DNA of 64,000 nucleotides from Candidatus Mailhella merdigallinarum (GTDB lineage Bacteria; Desulfobacterota; Desulfovibrionia; Desulfovibrionales; Desulfovibrionaceae): NCBI GenBank assembly GCA_019117045.1, contig DXAN01000023.1, positions 127,527 to 191,526 of the forward strand, read 5' to 3'. Shown piece by piece: positions 61,327 to 64,000 of this stretch (position 1 is its first letter; each line of letters starts with the position of its first letter). The notes under the pieces were generated by a model. It saw only the letters and a program-made list of their open reading frames with translations, ran no database searches and was not told where the DNA came from. The position numbers and the translations under genes were made by a program.

Positions 61327-62535
61327 TTACTTGTTGTACAATTTAACGCGATCGGCGTACCCACGGATACGCAGGCCCTGGAGCCGGATAAAACCGGCGG
61401 CATCCTTGTGATCGTAGGTGGCGCACTCCTCAAACGTGGCGAGATCATGGCAGTACAGGCTGTGGGGAGAATAGCGGCCCACGGGCCAGGCGTTGCCCTT
61501 GTACAGTTTGAGGCGCACGCTGCCGGTCACGCCTTCCTGAGTCTTATCGATAAGGGCCTGCATGGCCTCGCGCTCCGGCGAAAACCAAAAGCCGTTGTAG
61601 ACGGCGGTGGCGTAGCGAGGCATCATGGCGTTGCGCACCGCCAGGGCTTCACGATCCAGGCAGATGCCTTCCAGATCCTGGTGGGCGATGTGCAGCACGG
61701 TGCCGCCGGGGGTTTCGTATACGCCGCGCGACTTCATGCCGACAAAGCGGTTCTCCACCATATCCAGACGGCCGATGCCATGCCTGCCGGCGATTTTGTT
61801 CAGAGCCACAACCATCTGGGCCGGGTTGAGTCGCTCGCCGTTAAGGGCCACGGCATCGCCCTTTTCGTAATCCAGCGTGATGTATTCGGGCTCGTCGGGA
61901 GCCTGCTCCACGGGCACGGCCATGATGTAACTTTCCGGACCGGGCTCTTCCCAGGGGTCTTCCAGCTCGCCCCCTTCAAAACTGCAATGGAGCATGTTGC
62001 GGTCCATGCTGTAGTGCTTGTTGGAGGCGTTGACGGGAATGCCATGCTGTTCGGCGAAGTCGGTCAGGGCGGTACGGGACATAAGATCCCATTCACGCCA
62101 GGGCGCGATGACCCGGATATCGGGAGCCAGAGCGTTGATAGCCAGTTCAAAGCGCACTTGGTCGTTGCCCTTGCCCGTGGCTCCGTGGGCGATGGCCTGA
62201 GCGCCCTCGGCCTTGGCGATTTCCACCAGGCGCTTGGCGATAAGGGGCCGGGCGATGGAGGTGCCGAGCAGATAACGCCCCTCATACAGAGCACCGGCGC
62301 GCATCATGGGATAAATATAATCGCGGGCGAATTCCTCGCGCAGATCCTCAATATAGGCCTTGCTGGCCCCGGTCTTGAGGGCCTTGGGCTCCACGCCGTC
62401 AAGGTCGTCTTCCTGGCCCAGGTCGGCGGTCACGGTGACCACTTCGCAACCGTGGTGAACCATAAGCCACTTGAGAATGACCGAGGTGTCCAAGCCCCCG
62501 GAATATGCCAGCACCACTTTGTTGATCTTGCCCAT
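61327..62535 (-). CDS. argG: argininosuccinate synthase
   Basis: [26 protein letters not shown]-loop motif. Start ATG at 62535; the longer listed ORF has no support upstream. Confidence 0.9.
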   Translation of the reverse strand: MGKINKVVLAYSGGLDTSVILKWLMVHHGCEVVTVTADLGQEDDLDGVEPKALKTGASKAYIEDLREEFARDYIYPMMRAGALYEGRYLLGTSIARPLIAKRLVEIAKAEGAQAIAHGATGKGNDQVRFELAINALAPDIRVIAPWREWDLMSRTALTDFAEQHGIPVNASNKHYSMDRNMLHCSFEGGELEDPWEEPGPESYIMAVPVEQAPDEPEYITLDYEKGDAVALNGERLNPAQMVVALNKIAGRHGIGRLDMVENRFVGMKSRGVYETPGGTVLHIAHQDLEGICLDREALAVRNAMMPRYATAVYNGFWFSPEREAMQALIDKTQEGVTGSVRLKLYKGNAWPVGRYSPHSLYCHDLATFEECATYDHKDAAGFIRLQGLRIRGYADRVKLYNK

Positions 62536-62537
62536 CG

Positions 62538-63479
62538 CTACCTCGTCGCGGCGCTCCGCGCGTCGCCTTGCTGAACGTTCACGGAATCCCCTGTCGAGGG
62601 GCGCATCAGTTCCACCACCGCCGTCTGACAGGCCTGAAGACAGGCCTCGCGGTCGGCGACCCAACGGGCGTCCGCCTCCGGAGAAACATCGGCATCGAAA
62701 GAACAAACGGGAATGCCCGCCACAGCCCGTACCAATTCCGTATCCGACACCAACGGATGGCGCGGGCGAAGGCCACGGGCAGACGAGTTCCAGGGCGCGA
62801 CGGCCAAAGCATGGCAACCGTCCACAGCGGGCAGCGGATCGTAACTGAGAAAGATTTTGGCTCCGGCGCTCATGGCAAAATCAAGATGGTCGGCATCGGG
62901 CTCGTGCCCTTGAGGAAAGGCCAAAAACAATTCCAGGTGGAAGCACAGGGCCGCGTCCAGCCAGGAACGTACCAACCCGGCGTTGACGCCGTCCGCGTCC
63001 CCCAGCCAGCCCATGCGCAACGTCTCCAGCGAGGTTGCTGCCGGATCGCGGTACAGGCTGGCGGCGAGTAAATCGGCCAACACACGGCAGGGTCGAGCCG
63101 TTTCATTGCCCGCATTGATGAGCGGCGCCGGGGCGAGGCGGGCCAGTTCGGTCACCATGTCCGGGGCAAGGCCGCCAACAACCAGTAAATTGGCTCCTGA
63201 CGCCCCGGCTCCCAAGGCCCCGGCCAACGAGTCTCCCTCCCCTGTCAGGAACAGAGTCGTCGCGCTCAGTCGGCGGGCGGTCTCCCGCCAGGCCGCCTCC
63301 ATGCTCTCTTCGCCGGGGGCGAAGTACAAGGCCAAGCGCAGATCGGGACGCGGCGTCGGGGCGTTATTCGCCCCGGTCCGATCGGATATGGCCTTCAGAC
63401 GCATTTCGCGCGCCCGCTGAAACACTTCCCAGGCGCCCTGGCAGCCTCGGCTCCGCAATTGCAAAAAATGTTGGTCCAT
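62538..63479 (-). CDS. ornithine/aspartate carbamoyltransferase-fold protein with degenerate catalytic motifs
   Basis: Collinear with OTCase (HFLQL vs HFLKL; [19 protein letters not shown] vs VWNGLTNEFHPTQLLADLL). STRTR is replaced by GEESM, HPxQ by ARPCR and HCLP by YDPLP. Immediately upstream of argG. Confidence 0.6.
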   Translation of the reverse strand: MDQHFLQLRSRGCQGAWEVFQRAREMRLKAISDRTGANNAPTPRPDLRLALYFAPGEESMEAAWRETARRLSATTLFLTGEGDSLAGALGAGASGANLLVVGGLAPDMVTELARLAPAPLINAGNETARPCRVLADLLAASLYRDPAATSLETLRMGWLGDADGVNAGLVRSWLDAALCFHLELFLAFPQGHEPDADHLDFAMSAGAKIFLSYDPLPAVDGCHALAVAPWNSSARGLRPRHPLVSDTELVRAVAGIPVCSFDADVSPEADARWVADREACLQACQTAVVELMRPSTGDSVNVQQGDARSAATR

Positions 63480-63610
63480 AGGATACTTTTGTCCCGCTGG
63501 GAAAACGCCTCCGCGCGTCGTGCGCTGTCGGAAAATTCCTTTTCCGCCGGACGCCGTCATGTTCGCGGGTGGACAGTATTAAAAAGATCAAGCCGCTTTG
63601 TAAAGCACTC

Positions 63611-64000
63611 ATCCTATCCATGAATACCCCGTACCGCAACCCGGAACGCCGTTACCGCGCCGCCGAGACATGGCGTCCCGACGAGCAAAAATTTCAAGTT
63701 GTCGTTGAAGAAACAGACTTGTGGATAACTGTTCCCCGCCGTTTTGATGGCCAAACAGCTCGAGATACGGCACTGGCCGCGATACGTCGGGCACGGGGAG
63801 ACATACGCCTGTGGAGCGAGTTATGCCCGCCGTTTCGGCACAGCCTGAGCCCGCTGCCCGCCGGAACACTGCCGGACCGCGCCCCGGCCCTGGTCCGGGC
63901 CATGGCGGACGCGGCCGCCCGCATGGGCGTGGGGCCTTTTGCCGCCGTGGCCGGAGCCGTGGCCCAGGAAGTAGCCGCCGAATTGGTCGCCGCGCTTACG
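63611..64000 (+). CDS. hypothetical protein, 3' partial (possibly UPF0280/ApbE-like)
   Basis: Open frame from ATG 63611 (MNTPYRNPERRYR...GVGPFAAVAGAVAQE...) running off the window end. The family assignment is tentative. Confidence 0.35.
   Translation, partial: MLSMNTPYRNPERRYRAAETWRPDEQKFQVVVEETDLWITVPRRFDGQTARDTALAAIRRARGDIRLWSELCPPFRHSLSPLPAGTLPDRAPALVRAMADAAARMGVGPFAAVAGAVAQEVAAELVAALT

Noticed and set aside
61039-62574. 511-aa plus-strand ORF
   Set aside because: It is antisense to argG, which is unambiguous. An artefact of GC-rich sequence.
1-64000. CRISPR arrays, IS elements, rRNA and tRNA genes
   Set aside because: I saw no regularly spaced direct repeats, no transposase-like ORFs with terminal inverted repeats, and no rRNA or tRNA-like sequences anywhere in the window.

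Overview
The window is high-GC (about 60%) and probably comes from a Desulfovibrionaceae-like anaerobe; evidence for that is rubrerythrin, an Hcp-like protein and sigma54-associated genes. It splits into two parts.

Positions 1 to about 27,500 are a horizontally acquired mobile/defense island. It carries, in order:
- an AlpA-like regulator, a TOPRIM/DUF927 primase-helicase and a MobV relaxase, with an iteron-rich inverted repeat (candidate oriT) upstream of the relaxase;
- a first type I R-M system (hsdR, hsdM, hsdS);
- a very AT-rich insert encoding a putative retron: a PRTase-like gene, a structured 153-bp intergenic ncRNA candidate, and a reverse transcriptase with YADD and retron-type VTG motifs;
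- a Fic protein with an apparently disrupted N-terminus plus a small SxxxEG antitoxin-like ORF;
- a P4-type integrase N-terminal fragment with an in-frame stop (pseudogene);
- an 835-aa effector-like protein whose C-terminal region carries PI3/PI4-kinase-like catalytic motifs, with an upstream acidic partner gene;
- a 1.6-kb gene-poor stretch;
- a second type I R-M system (R, M, S) followed by a PD-(D/E)xK-like gene.

Positions about 27,600 to 64,000 are core genome: metY-metA, a hydrogenase maturation protease, an NfeD-flotillin pair, an Hcp-like prismane protein lacking the N-terminal cubane cysteine motif, a DUF368 protein, prmA, a polar amino-acid ABC transporter with a divergent receiver-less sigma54 activator, a large secreted TPR protein, pth, rho, pgl, an HD hydrolase, a YigZ/IMPACT protein, rubrerythrin, metNIQ, cls, a YfcH-like epimerase, an MBL hydrolase, an NDT-fold protein, argH, argG and, at the head of the arg cluster, an ornithine-carbamoyltransferase-fold gene with degenerate catalytic motifs.

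The most interesting candidate is the retron-like RT/ncRNA/PRTase module embedded between the R-M systems. The PI-kinase-like effector pair and the degenerate OTCase-like and Hcp-like genes are secondary. No CRISPR array, tRNA or IS element was found.
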